The position numbers were made by a program, and so were the translations under genes. Below are positions 10,894-24,119 of a stretch of DNA of 63,677 bases, one piece after another; within the stretch, counting starts at the first letter, position 1, and every line of letters starts with the position of its first letter. Below the pieces are notes generated by a model. The model did not search any database. It saw nothing but the letters and a program-made list of their open reading frames with translations, and was not told the DNA's origin. Source of the stretch: Chiloscyllium plagiosum (lineage: Eukaryota); contig NC_057750.1 of assembly GCF_004010195.1 (NCBI RefSeq), forward strand, positions 12,789,459-12,853,135. Reading direction: 5' to 3'.

Positions 10894-12586
10894 AGTGGAT
10901 GGTGGAGTGATGCTAGACAGCATATTCTTGCAGTAAATGATTCAACCATAACTTGCATTGATATAACTTCCTGGACATAGTTTTTTTAACAAAGTTCAAA
11001 ACGTTATCAGAAGAAATTGATCATTAAGCCGACTAAAGGGATACTCAAGTCAATGGGTGAAGGCAAGAGCTGGGCTTAAGGGAGTGACTTTAGGGAGAAG
11101 TGAGGGGTGGATAGGCAGAGTTCCTCTGGGAGGAGTTCAGGAGTTTCCGGGCCAGGCAGCCAAAGACATGGCCACTGAATGTGAGGCAGTGGAAGTTGGT
11201 GATTGACAAGGGGCCAGAATTGGTGGAACATTGAGATCACAGAGAGAGGGAGGATGACAGTTACGGAGGCGATGAGAAATCCAGTTTTCTCATCTGTCAC
11301 AAATCAGGTCATGCATTGAGGAAAATAACATATGTGGCCGTTGCGCTGAATTAAGCCTTTCCAGAATAAGACATCAGGCTTTGGAGTTTATTTCCAAAGT
11401 ATAGAGCCTCACAATTACCTTTCATATTGGGAAATAAATCTCACAAAAATCTATTTTGTCCCTAATGGGAAGTGGCATCAATGTTTCAATGTACAAATCT
11501 ATCTCTTTAATGCTATTGATTGTGCACTGGGGTGGAAATACTTCTAATTATTCCCAGTCTGATTTCTCATTATCATCTGCTTCCTTTGATCCATATCTGG
11601 CAGCCAGTGGTTGCTAAGGAGAGTCAAAGAGGTTGTGTTCAAGTATTTGAACTTGCCGTTGAGTTCAATGGGAGTAGCCTGTTGGGTATCCTTGACAATG
11701 AAGATATGCTAAACCTGACAGAAATGTAGCCAGGTCTTTCCTCTCCTAGTCTACAAGAGGTCTGTTTGATTATGTAAGACCATAAGAAATCGGAACAGGA
11801 GTAAACCATTTTAGTCCCTCAAGCCTGCTCCGCCATTCAGAGGATCATGGCTGATCCAACGTTCCTTTTTGCCCTGAGCTTTCTGTGTCACCCTTGATAT
11901 AATTGACTGTCCTCTCTGGACAAAGTTTCAATTCAAGCCAAAGCCTTTGACCTTATATTCCCACACTATAAACTTTAAACTTTCCACTGGCAAAACTGAA
12001 GAGTAAGATGACTTTTAGTCTTTCTTTCCCAGGGCATGGGTGTCACTGGTGAGTTCAGCATTTGGTGTCCAACCCTAATTGCCCTTGGTCTCACTGGTTC
12101 ACTAAACCATTTCAGAGAGCAGTGAACCATACTGTTATGTGTCCGGAGTCACATGAGGCCAGACTGGATAAGGATGGCAGATTTCCCTTCAAAAGAGAAT
12201 GGGTGAACCAGATAGGTATCTACAATGAACAATGGTGTTATCATGGTCTTCATTACTAATGGTCTTCAATCTCAGATCTTGTTAATCGAAGGTATTCGCC
12301 ACCAGCAAGCATCATGTGATTAACTCATAAGGTTCTTGTGGTAGTATCCCTACCTCTGAACCAGGAAGCCCAGGTTTGAGTCCCAGAGGTGTGTAGTCAG
12401 ATCCCTTGACTCAAAATATTTCAGATTGACTCAGCACTAGATTCTCATTACCCAGTGCAAACTGGACTGGGTGGCAAAATTCCAATTGTGAAATGATCTC
12501 AGTGCAAAATGAGGCCATCATGGGTATGCAGCCGAGTAATTAATAAGTTACTGCCATTTAAAGGCAAAGTCAATGATATGCTCCAT

Positions 12587-12907
12587 CATAGAAGCCCTAC
12601 AGTGTGGAAACAGGCTGTTCGGCCCAGCACACCGACCCTCTGAAGGGTATCCCACCCAAATCCATTCCCTCGCTTAATACTCTACATTTACTCCTGACTA
12701 ATGCACCTAACCTACACATCCCTGAACATTATGGGGCAATTTAGAATGGATAATCCACCCTAACTTGCACATCTTTGGATTGTGGGAGGAATCCGGAGCA
12801 CCCGGAGGAAACCCACGCAGACTCGGGGAGAATGTGCAAACTCTACACAGGCAGTCACCCAAGGGTTGAATCGAACCTGGGTCCCTGGTGCCGTGAGGCA
12901 GCAGTGT
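12587..12907 (-). mobile_element. HE1-type V-SINE
   Basis: cacccggaggaaacccacgcagac...aatgtgcaaactc...gtgaggcagcagtg. Confidence 0.9.
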
Positions 12908-14914
12908 TATGCTGGTTGTCAGGTCTTGGCTGACAGGGTAATATATTTTTCTGTTTCTTCTGAGATGTGGGTGCCACTGGCCATGGCCAGCATTTGTTGC
13001 CCATTCCTAATTGCCCCTGAATAGGTTACTGGGCCACTCCCCAGTGTCGTTCAGAGGTCAATCACATTACTATGGGTCTGGAGTCATGTGTAGGCCAGAC
13101 TGGAAGCATGGTAGATTTAAAGGACAGTATTGATGTCCTGCTTTTTGCACATACTAGGATAATTTCCAATTTGTCTGGTAAGTGTCCTTGTGCAAGTGTA
13201 GTATCACAGGATCCCTGGTGGAAACAGACCATTTGGCCCATTGAGTCCAGATGATCTTCTGAAGAACATCCCACCCAGACCCAGCCCTCCTATCCTAATC
13301 CTGTAATCTTGAATTTCCCACAGCTAGTCCATCTAGTCTGCCCATCCTTGGACACTATGGGCATTTCGCATGGCCAATCCCCCGAACCTGTGCACCTTTG
13401 GACTGGAACAGTGTATCGGAACAGCTCGGTGGGAGGCGGAGAGGGGTGGGGTGGGGAGGTGCAGTGAGAGTAGTTCTGGAGATCGAAGTCATTGGCCTTG
13501 CAGTTGGAATATCGTCAGGAACCAGAGCCCTTGCTGGCGATATTTCTTAATCAACTTGCTCAGACATGTTATGACTCACCTCTGGAGCAGGCGTCCTGGC
13601 TCAGAGATAGGGACACTACTGGCACGCCACAGATCCCACCTTTACTGTAGTCTGTGCATTCAATATTTAGCCACAGTTGACACCTAAAATAAAACCTGAC
13701 ATCCAATTAATTGTGGCTGATTTTAACCCGTTCCTAGGCTTTCTAACTTCGCTCACGGACTACACTCTTGAACCTTGACCCTTCACTCGGTAATAAAGCA
13801 GCATCTTGACATCTGAAGGCCCATCCCCATCATGAACACTGACAGAGTACCCAGCCTCAGCATAGCAATGTCAGGGATCAATGGGAGATAAAAGATGCTT
13901 GAATTAAAATAATGAGGAATTAATTTCTTCACACACTGATCAGACCACTAAGCTATTGCTGGTTTGATTTTCCCATCTTGCACAGGCAGGGATGAAATAA
14001 ATTCTGGTTAAAAGGGCCCCATTGTTCTATTTTTGCACAACACTTTAACAGCCTATAATTGTAGCAATCAATCCCTATTTTGTTGAAATTCTCTACCCAT
14101 CAGGAGCCCCAGATGACAGCCAGACAGCAGCTAAGCTGCCTGTTTCTCTTACCACTCAGAGACTTGAATCGTTCAATTGTTGGGGACAGGGGCTAACCTC
14201 AGGAGAGAGCCAAGAACTCTGGGGTCATGACCTTTGTTTACACAGTTGACTGTGTGCGTGTACTTGGACTGACGCCACCGCGACTCCATATCACATGACC
14301 CCAGGGTACATTCCAAAGCATATCTGCCACTGTCGTTTCTCCAGAGACTGACTTCACAATTAACGTGAGCTTCCACCTTATCCAGGAAAGGTCCTTTAAG
14401 TTGCATTCTTTGTGCAGCCCCTTTCACGTGGAGTGCCACTGGCCGGGGCCAGCATTAACTGCCCCTTGCGAAAGGTGGTAGTGACCTGCCTTCTTGAACC
14501 GTTGCTGTGTAAACACCCAGAGCTCTCATCGGGAGGGCATTCTAGGATTTTGACCCAGTGAGAGTGAGGGAATTGGGATATATTTCCAAGCTGGGAAGGA
14601 GAGTGACTCGGAGGGAACTTGCAGGGGACAGTGCTCCTATGGATCTGCTGCCCATTTCCTTCTGGATGGTAGAGGCTGCAGGTTGGGAAGGTGCTGTCAA
14701 AGAAAGCATTGGAATTTTGCTACTACATATTTGAAATATTGATAGTTTATAAAATTCCTATATTTAGGAACGCTGGCTGCTTAGCATTTTCCACTTGCCT
14801 GCTTCTCAACTTAATATTTTTTAACTGCATACCCTCGTTTGAGTGATCAGGGGACATACGTGAGGACAGCATCATCGGGCTATTACACTGACTGGGCCTT
14901 CCATGAATCATAGA

Positions 14915-16308
14915 AGATATAGAATGTAGGGAAACAGATGGTGGCATCTTGAAAAATGTCCGTATTACGGAGGAGGAAGTGCTGGATGTCTTGAAACGCA
15001 TAGGGGTGGATAAGTCCCCAGGACCTGATCAGGTGTACCCTAGAACTCTGTGGGAAGCTAGGGAAGTGATTGCTGGGCCTCTTGCTGAGATATTTGTATC
15101 ATCAATTGTCACAGGTGAGGTGCTGGAAGACTGGAGGTTGGCTAACGTGGTGCTACTGTTTAAGAAAGGTGGTAAAGACAAGCCAGGGAATTATAGACTG
15201 GTGAGCCTGACCTCAATGGTGGGCAAGTTGTTGGAGGTAATCCTGAGGGACAGGATGTATATGTATTTGGAAAGGCAAAGACCGATTCAGGATAGTCAAC
15301 ATGGCTTTGTACGTGGGAGATTATGTCTGACAAACTTGATTGAGTTTTTTTTAAGAAGTAACAAAGAGGATTGATGAGGGCAGAGCGGTGGTCGTGATCT
15401 ATATAGACTTCAGTAAGGCGTTCGACAAGGTTCCCCATGGGAGACTGATTAGCAAGGTTAGATCTCACAGAATTCAGGGAGAACTAGCCATTTGGATACA
15501 AAACTGGCTCAAAGATAGAAGACAGAGGGTGGTGGTGGAGGGTTGTTTTTCAGACTGGAGGCCTGTGACCAGTGGAGTGCCACAAGGATCAGTGTTGGGC
15601 CCACTACTTTTCATCATTTAGATAAATGCTTTGGACGCAAGAATAAGAGGTTTCGTTAGTAAGTTTACGGATGACACCAAAATTGGAGGTGTAGCGGACA
15701 GTGAAGAAGGTTACCTCAGATTACAATAGGATCTTGATCAGATGGGCCAATGGGCTCAGAAGTGGCAGATAGAGTTTAATTTAGATAAATGCGAGGTGCT
15801 GCACTTTGGGAAAGCAAATCTTAGCAGGGCATATACACTTAATGGTAAGGTCCTAGGGAGTGTTGCTGAACAAAAAGACCTTGAAGTGCAGGAACATAGC
15901 TCCTTGAAAGTGGAGTTGCATATAGATAGGATAGTGAAGAAGGCGTTTGATATGCTCTCCTTTACTGGTCAGAGTGTTGAGTACAGGAGTTGGGAGGTCA
16001 TGTTGTGGCTGTACAGGACATTGGTTAGTCCACTTTTGGAATATTGTGTGAAATTCTAAGATATAAAAGGGGCAACCTTTTCACACAGAGGGTGGTACGT
16101 GTATGGAATGAGCTGCCAGAGGAAGTGGTGGAGGCTGGTACAATTACAACATTTAAAAGGCATTTGGATGGGTATATGAATAGGAAGGGTTTGGAGGGAT
16201 ATGGGCCGGGTGCTGGTAGGTGGGACTAGATTGGATTGGGATATCTGGTCGGCATGGACTAGTTGGACGAAAGGGTCTATTTTTGTGCTGAACATCTCTA
16301 TGACTCTC
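14915..16308 (+). mobile_element. CR1 LINE ORF2 (RT) pseudogene, 5'-truncated, with an internal deletion near 16057
   Basis: Motifs [53 protein letters not shown] and FTDDTK. Contains stops and frameshifts and ends atgactct. Confidence 0.96.
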
Positions 16309-16469
16309 TGAGTCGATAATCAGTTCATAGAATCCCAATAGTGTGGGAGCAGGACCATTCTGCCCATGCCAACCCTCTGAAGTGCATTCCACCCAGATCC
16401 AGCCCCCTACCCTGTAATCCTGCATTTACGATAGCTAATTCACCTCGCCTGCACATTTCTGGAATCATC

Positions 16470-16783
16470 ATAGAATCCCTGCAGTATGGAAGCAGGCCAC
16501 TCAGCCCATTGGGTTACACCAACTCTCCCACCTCCTATGCTATCCCTGTAACCCTACATCTCACATGGATAATCTACGTAGCCTGCACATCCTTGGACAC
16601 TATGGACAATTTAGTATATTCAATCCACATCTTTGGACTGTGTGAAGTAACATGAGCACCCTGAGGGTGCCCACACAGTCTCCGGAAGAATGTGCAAACT
16701 CCACACAGATTCTGAGGCTGGAATCGAACCCAGGTCCCTGGCACTGTGAGGTAGCAATGCTAACCACAGAGCCATCAAGCTGC
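16470..16783 (-). mobile_element. HE1-type V-SINE, with a further fragment at 16326-16460
   Basis: aatgtgcaaactccacacaga...gaatcgaacccaggtccctggcactgtgagg. Confidence 0.85.
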
Positions 16784-17204
16784 CCACACTGTTTTGTCAG
16801 CACACACATGCCACTAAGTCAGAAGCTAATTAAGCTGGTTCGAGAATACCGAAGTTGTATATGATTCCGAAGTAGACTGAAAGGGTTAGCACTGTGGGCT
16901 AACTGAAGTAACACCAATCATGATGATGTCTAATGAACACTGGGCAGAACAATTGAGGATTTCAAAGGAGTGAGACCTAACAGTCAGGTCCCTCTCAAAT
17001 TCTCTTTCTTTTTCAGTTGCCACCACCAAATCAGCCGGTTGACAAATTAAATAATTCACATGCGCTGCCGACTAGGGCAACAACAGAAATAGTGGTGAGG
17101 TGTGGTGAAAGGGAAGGGACAAAATTAAAATGGAGTTCAAGGGGGGGCGCAGTGCATTCCAGCCCACTCTCTAAGTCTCTGTCACAATTTCTATCTTATC
17201 AATA

Positions 17205-17520
17205 AGGGAAGGCAATGGCCTAATAATATTATCATGGGACTGTTTATCTCGATGCTCAGGTCATGTTCTGGGGACTTGAATTTGAATCCCATGATGGCAG
17301 ATGGTGGAAATTAAATGCAATAACTATCTGCAATTCAGAGTCTAATGATGAGCATGAATCCATTGTTGGAGGAAAAATCCATCTGATTCACTAATGTCCT
17401 TTAGGGAAGGAAACTGTCATCTTTACCTGGTCTGGCATACATGTGACTCCAGACCCACTTGACTCTGGGCAATTAATGCTGGCCTAGCCAGTAATGCTCT
17501 CATCCTATCAGTGAATTAAT
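17205..17520 (+). mobile_element. tRNA-derived SINE (family 2), near full length
   Basis: A-box/B-box-like head, core ttcactaatgtcctttagggaaggaa...catgtgactccagaccca, and a gggcaat-aatgctggcc tail. Confidence 0.82.
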
Positions 17521-18284
17521 GGAATGTTCAACCAGTAGTGCACCTTGTTAACCTCAAGACCCTCGTCCAAGTAGACCAGGAAGTGGTTTCCCTCAACCAC
17601 ACTAGACCAAAGCAGGCCTTGTAGTTTTCGCTATTTATAGAGAATGGTGGAAGTACCCTTTATCAGGAATAGCAACTCTTCCACTGAGCTGAGCTGGCAA
17701 ACCACACAATGAATAAGGGAAGGCTGCACCATTTTTTTTTAACAAGGAAAACATTGATAGTCCATTCACATGGGGACAGGTGAATTTCAGAGTGATAGAC
17801 CCGAAAAGCAACTTTAAAAGGGGGGAAATGTAAGTACAGAGAGAAATGGACTAAATGCCTAACATTCTTGTACTCAGTAAGTCAAACTTGGGGACCTGCA
17901 GAATCGCAGGTTTACCATGGTATAGAAGGAGGCCAAATGTCCCATCATGCATCTGTTCCATCCCCTAATGCCAATCTCCTGTCTTTAGCTCATATCCCTG
18001 CCCACTATTTCTATACAAACAATCATTCAATGTCCCTCTTGGATGCCTCAATTGAACCTGCCTCCACCAGGTAGCGCATTGCAAGTACTTTTCTCATGTC
18101 ACCCTTCTCCCTTTGCACATCAGTTTAAATCCATGCCCCGCTCGACTTATTCCTTTCACGAGCAGGTACAGCTTCTCCCTCTCTATTCTGTCCACCCCGC
18201 TCATGGCTTTGAAAACCTCTATCGAATCTCAGCCTCCTTCTCTCCAATGAGAACACTCCCACCTTCTTCAATCTGTTTCCATAA

Positions 18285-19130
18285 GAATAAGAAGTTGCAT
18301 TCATATAGCACCTTTCAGAATGCCCCAAAGTACTTTGTAACCAATATTAGAGGGGCAGTTATGGTTATAGTTAGGAAATAGAGTATTCAATTTGTACATA
18401 GCAAGCTCTCACAATACGAGCCGAGAATCTGGTTGGATGTGACTTTGGTTGGAGGCTACCGTATATACTCGTGTATAGGTCGAGTTTTTAAGACTGATTT
18501 TAAAGCTGAAATTAGGGGGTCGACTTATACACGAGGTATTGTTTTCGAGGGGATGAAATTCATGCTTGGCATGAGTCAAAAAATGGACAGACAAGAGCCA
18601 GATCCCTGTATAAAATAATAAACAACAAAATGAAAAAAGAATTATGGTCATTATTGAATATTTATCTACAAAATAACTGTCTCCATTCTACCTGCAATGT
18701 AGAACAGTACTGTTGTACTGTATTCCAGTTAATATTACCATGAAGCGCATGCAGATCTATACATATGTACAAAAGTTAATAGGCATACCAGTCAGGCCAC
18801 CTACGGAGGTATTTGTATAACACACCATTCATGGTCAGGAAGAGACCCTGAAAAACTAAGGTTGACTTATACACAAGGTATATGAAAAACGGCAGATTTT
18901 TTTGACAAAATAAGGGTCGACTTATACAGGGGTTCGGCCAGTACACTAGCATATACGGTAATCGTGGCTGGGCTATTCAGAAGCCTTTCCCTGCTTTTCT
19001 TTGAAACAGTGTCTTGGGTCTTCAGCTCAAAGACGGCACATTCAAGAGTTCCAGCCTTGATCTCCTGACTGCAACTGCAGAGGGAACCTCAAACCTTCTG
19101 ACTCAGAGTCAGCCACCGGCTGGTGTAAAC
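18285..19130 (-). mobile_element. DeuSINE (SacSINE1-like) remnant split by a MITE
   Basis: Reverse complement shows the Deu-domain/L2-like tail tgaaaggtgctatatgaatgcaacttct and gtgccgtcttt. Confidence 0.65.
18459..18958. mobile_element. Non-autonomous pogo/Tigger-like DNA transposon (MITE)
   Basis: Imperfect TIRs ccgtatatactcgtgtata / gtacactagcatatacgg, TA on both sides, and repeated subterminal gtcgacttatac motifs. Confidence 0.85.
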
Positions 19131-19149
19131 GAGTCATTCTACATTGGCT

Positions 19150-19985
19150 TATGGGAAGGGGATATTCTGGGTTCGGCCAGCATTTGCTGCCTGTCTCTGA
19201 CCGCAACAAATCCGAACACTGACTGATGTGTATGGATCCTCCATGCAAATAAAGGGAATGTTGTCCTCAATTGCCTTTCGGTGAGCCACTTTTTAAGCCA
19301 CCACATGGTGTATGTCCACTCACAACACATTGAAATGAGAGTTTGAGGAATTTGACCCAGCAACAGTGAAGGAACGGTGATATATTTCCAAATGAGGATG
19401 TTGAGTGACTGAGAGAGGAACTTGCAGGGGATGACCCCATATGTCTGCTGCCCTTGTCTTTCTAGATGGTAGAGGTCATGCTGACTAAGGAGCCTTGGTG
19501 AATTGCTGCAGTGCATCTTGTAGATGGTACACCCTGCTGCTACTGAGTGTCGATTGTGGAGGGAATGGATGTTTGTGGATGTGGTGCCAATCAAGCGGGG
19601 GCTGCTTTGTCCTGAATGGTTTTGAGTTTCTTGAGTGTTTTTGGAGTTGCCCCCATTCAGGGGCAAGTGGGGAGTATTCCCTCACACTCCTGACTCGTGC
19701 CTTGTAGATGATGAGAATGGCTTTGGGGAATCAGGGGATGTGTTACTCACTGTTTCGAGCCTCTGGCCTGCTTTGGTATCCACAGTATTTACGTGGCCAA
19801 ATCCCAGTCCTGTTTTTAGTCAACGCTAGCCTCCAGGATGTTGTCAATGGGGATTCGTCATGATAATACCATTGAATGTTGAGGGACAGTAGCTAGACTG
19901 TCTTTTATTGGGGATGGTCATTGACCAGCATTGTGTGGTGTGAATATTACTTGTTATTTTTCAGCCCAAGCCTAGATTTTGTTGG
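19150..19985 (-). mobile_element. LINE-B (CR1-group) 3' fragment
   Basis: RLIGTTSTNIHSLHNRHSVAAGCTIYKMHCSNSPRLL, also seen at 29884, 53541 and 61385. Confidence 0.88.
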
Positions 19986-20581
19986 AGTTGGACATTGGGA
20001 AATGGTATCCCCAATCTGATGATGGTGTGGGAAACTAGTGATGTAGACACCATTGAAAGTCAAGTGGAGATGGTGAAAATGCTCTCTTTTTTTTTAGCGA
20101 TATGGAACATTAGTGAAGAGGAGAGGATTGCAGGTAAATGATGAAAGCAGAAGAATAGCTTTCAATCCCAGATTTTTTTCCAAAATTACGAATTAATACG
20201 AATCTCGCATTTTCGCTATGTGAGAGTTGCTTTTAAATAAATTCAAATTCTTCCCGATCTGTGGTGGGAACATGAACTCATCTCAGGAACAGGATTTAGG
20301 GAGATACGGATTCCAAGATAAGTAAATTGTGTTGCTGTTCCAGGCGGGTGAAGAGAGAATATTAGAGACACCCTCTGCTTGAAATTACTGAGCATCTGAG
20401 CCTCATAAACATCATCATGACCCTCCCAAACACTGCGAGCAGCAGCCAGCATTGTCAAGGTTGGAGAACAGAATTGTCAAACCTATTGACAAACAGAAAC
20501 ACTCAGTGACAAAGTTGAGCTGGGACTTCCAGGGGGTGGGTTAATCCCCATAAACAGCTCAGCTAACTCATTATCTCTGGC

Positions 20582-20885
20582 ATAGGCAGCACAGTGACTC
20601 AGTAGTTAGCCACAGCATCAGAGTCCCAGGTTTGATTCCATCCTTGGGTGACCGTCTGTGTGGAGTTTGCACATTCTCCCCCTGTGTCTGTGTGTGTTGC
20701 CTCTGGGTGCTCCGGTTTCCTCCCATACTCCAAAGGTTAAGTGGATTGGCTGTGCTAAATTACCCAGGGATGTGCAGGACAGGTGGGTTAGCCATGGGAA
20801 ATACAGGGTGGGAGGCTGGGTCGAGGAAGAGTAGATGTGGACTCGTTGGGCCGAATGGCCTGCTTCCTCAGAGTAGAAAATCTAT
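20582..20885 (+). mobile_element. HE1-type V-SINE
   Basis: gtctgtgtggagtttgcacattctcccc core with the HE1 tail. Confidence 0.85.
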
Positions 20886-21048
20886 GTGCTGAGTTTTAGT
20901 AGATTTTTTATTGGACACCATCCATGCCCAATCCCTGCGTTAATAATATTATTAGGGAGAAAGAAACATTATACATTTGGTGGATGTGAACAGCGAAAAA
21001 ATGCAACATAGGGCAACGCACCAGCTTGCTGAGATAATAAAACCTACA

Positions 21049-21237
21049 GGTCACTGCTTGCCACTGGCTACTCTAGTATTTCCTTTCTTGCTGGTGATAG
21101 AAAATGAATAAAGATTGATACATCTGTTGTCTTTCACTGTGCCTCACACCCGCACACACACAACATGGCTGCGGGGGAAAATATAAACACTACCGCAGTT
21201 AGGTGGTAATGCGGGGACAAAGAAAAAAAAGGAATTA
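21049..21237 (+). mobile_element. Poly(A)-tailed non-LTR retroelement 3' end (L1/Tx1-like)
   Basis: AATAAA, a terminal hairpin cactaccgc-agtta-ggtggtaatg, an A-tail and a 10-bp TSD aaaacctaca. Homologous to the insert at 50272-50411. Confidence 0.7.
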
Positions 21238-21316
21238 AAAACCTACACATTAAATATGGTTAAATCAAGGAGAGAGGCTTTGGAGGTATGTAGAATGATA
21301 GAGGGATGGGTTTTAA

Positions 21317-21622
21317 TGGCACGGTGGTTCAGTGATTAGCACAGCTGCCTCACAGCGTCAGGGGCCCAAGTTTAATTCCTACCTTGGGCAACTGTGTTGA
21401 GTTTGCACATTCTCCCCGTGTCTGCGTGGGTTTCCTCCGGGTGCTCCGGTTTCCTCCCACAGTCCAAAGATGTGCAGGTTAGGGTGGATGGCCATGCTAA
21501 GTTGCCCGCAGTGTTAGGTACACTAGTTAGAGGAATGAGTCTGGGTGAGTTGCTCTTCAGAGGGTCGGTGTGGACTTGTTGGGCCGAAGGGCCTGTTTCC
21601 ACTCATGTAGGGAATCTAATCT
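21317..21622 (+). mobile_element. HE1-type V-SINE, full length
   Basis: Head ggcacggtggttcagtgattagcac and tail gggaatctaatct. Confidence 0.92.
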
Positions 21623-21839
21623 TAACGTGAGGATTGGGAAAATGGGCTTCAAAGGAAATGTTTTAGTGCCTGAGGAATCCATTGAGATGTGATGGAGTTG
21701 GGAGAATATAACGGGGTCCACCAAATGGACTGTGGCCATTCAAGAAGGCAGATCACAGGCAACTAGGGATGGGCAATAAATGCTGACCCAGCCAGCAAAG
21801 CCCACATCCCTTGAATGAGTTAATAAAAGAATTTCATTA

Positions 21840-22172
21840 TTCATCAGGTGGTTGCGGAGTATAAGATTGTAGGACACAGAGTTTATCGTAAAAGTTTACA
21901 GTGTGATGGAACTGAAATTGTATATTGAAAGACACCTGGATTGTTTGTTAAGTCTCTCATCTTATAGAATGACCATGTTGGTTTCAGTTCCTTCATATGT
22001 AAATCCCAAAACTTTCTTAAAGTTACATTCTCAAGTGAACTTAGGTTCCATGTCGGCCCAGATAATGCATTGAAGGTGTGAGGTGCCCTGTGTGAGTCTG
22101 TCTGTGCCCCAATGTTCAGACTGACTCTAATCTAGAAGAGAGATTTACAGAATCTTATATGGATTTAAGCAG
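21840..22172 (-). mobile_element. Penelope-like pLTR fragment (family C)
   Basis: Begins tcatcaggtggttg(c)ggagtata, matching the centre of the 23040-23243 element. The reverse complement ends in CUGAUGA. Confidence 0.65.
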
Positions 22173-22394
22173 TTTCATCACCATACTAGGTAATATCATC
22201 AGTGAGCCTCTGGTGAGATGCTGGTGTCATGGCACACTTTCTATTTATGCATTTCCTTAGGCTGATGATGTCATTTCCTGTGGTGATGCCAGTTCCTGTG
22301 TTGGTGATGTCATTTCCTGTTCCATGAACAGCTCAGTGAGCAAACATACATCCAGAACCTCAACCTGAGCTACAAATCTTCTCCAAGCTCGCTA
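22171..22394. mobile_element. Penelope pLTR fragment with inverted tail (family D variant); hammerhead remnant on the minus strand at 22171-22204
   Basis: Minus strand reads CUGAUGA-U-AUUACC-UAGUAU-GGUGAU-GAAAC. The plus-strand tail cctgagctacaaatcttctc resembles 47380-47400. Confidence 0.72.
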
Positions 22395-22627
22395 ATTTTC
22401 TTGTTTTTTATTCATTCACACAATGAGGCCATTGCTGGTTGGGCAAGGATTCATTGCCCATCTCTAACTGCCCAGAGGGCAGTAAAGAGTCAGCCACATT
22501 GCTGTGGGTCTGGAGTCACATGTAGGCCAGTCCAGGTAAGGATGGCAGATTTCCTTCCCTAAGGGATATTAGTCAACCGAGTTTCTCCAACAATTGTCAG
22601 TGGATCCATGGTCAACATTGCAGTCAA

Positions 22628-23305
22628 TGTAACGAGGTCAGTCAGGTGGACCTCATAGAATATGAATTCCCTGACTGGAGCTATTAATCTGGTCCAATCA
22701 GGGAGCCCTGGCTGACAGATATAAACAGGGCTGTCTATGCACTGTTTTGTTTTATCGGACTGTTTATATGTGATTGCAGCTACTGTCTTCTGTTTGATAT
22801 GATAAGGTGGGGTTTATGGTTTGTCTTTTCCCCCCTGTTTTACTGGTTGTACGGTGGGGTTTGGAGGTCTGACATTGCCACTCCTTTCCCCTATAAATTG
22901 CTGTTTCTTGTAAATTGCTGTTCATTGCAAACTGCTGTTAGTAACTTGTACTGTTTAATAAAATAAAACAAAAAACAGAGGTGTTAATGATATCGCTCAC
23001 TTCAGGAACCGGCTCTGAGCTCACTGAATCAGTGTCATTCCTATGATTTGGAGATACTGGTGTTGGACTGGGGTGTACAAAGTTAAAAATCACACAACAC
23101 CAGGTTATAGTCCAACAGATTTATTTGGAAGCACTAGCTTTCGGAACGCTGCTCCTTAATCAGGTGGTTGTGGAGTATACTCTGAAAGCGCTCTGAAAGC
23201 TAGTGCTTCCAAATAAACCTGTTGGACTATAACCTGGTGTTGTCTAATAATCTCTACGCGCATGTAAATAAAATGTGACTTGGTGACAGGACACTGGATT
23301 CTGTC
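22628..23305 (+). mobile_element. Solo LTR copy 2, with two nested insertions, itself inside a family-2 SINE
   Basis: TGTAACGaggtcag...ggtccaatcagggagccctggctgacagatataaacagg...gtaaataaa..gtgacttggtgac. Confidence 0.75.
23040..23243. mobile_element. Fold-back Penelope-derived element (family C) with ~55-bp inverted arms
   Basis: 23094-23149 is the reverse complement of 23188-23243. The minus strand reads CAC-CUGAUUA-A-GGAGC-AGC-GUUCC-GAAA-G-CUA-GUG, a hammerhead with one core change. Confidence 0.82.
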
Positions 23306-24119
23306 ATCATCTTAATTCCAGACTTTTTTATTGAATTCAAATTCCACCTTCTCAAGATTTCTTCTCAAAAACGTAACATCGTGATGAAGTTCATTATCAT
23401 CCAGAGAGAAACTGAGATAATCTTACAAACACTCCGTTTACATGGGATAGTCAAGCCCTCTCATGTTGCTGGGCTCAATACAGGAAAACCACTCAGTCCT
23501 TCAACACAAATTCCCCAGCGAGGCCGTTGATGCTTAACGCTTCGAGCTTTGCACTTGTGAGGAACTGCGAGCAGACAGAGATAAATCCCAGCATCATCCA
23601 CATTCCCCCAAGAGCCTCTGGATGGGAGAATTAGCCAGAGACTGAAATCGGTAGCCACCCCGATCAAATTGTGCGCGCTCCTGCACACTTCATGAACTCA
23701 CTGCCTGAACAATGATTATTCTTGGAAATGAATCCTCGAACAGGCAGTTGATAAAAGGTTGTGCAGCGTTCCCCACTGCCAACAAGATATCACTAGCATA
23801 CAATTAAGATGCTACACAATAAGATTCATCAATGAGATATGCCTGTCATCTATTGGCTTTGGTACCTGCTACTTATTTTTGGTAACGCTACGTGCTCCGT
23901 TACAAAAGTGTACATCAGATATTTGTACGTGCCTCCGTCTTGAACAGCAGTATTGGATCAGAGCCTCATTCCCGATCCTGATGACAGGCCTCAAACCAAA
24001 TTATCAACTGGCATTTCCTCTTTCGGGCTCTGAAAGCAGTTCTGTGTGCTTTCACCGTTTACTGGCTTATTACAGAGATGTAGCATTTGCTATTTATTAA
24101 AATGCTCTTAGAAATAATT

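Noticed and set aside
14949..16229. RT-like ORFs as a functional gene or active LINE
   Set aside because: They have multiple stops and frameshifts, a 5' truncation and a large internal deletion.
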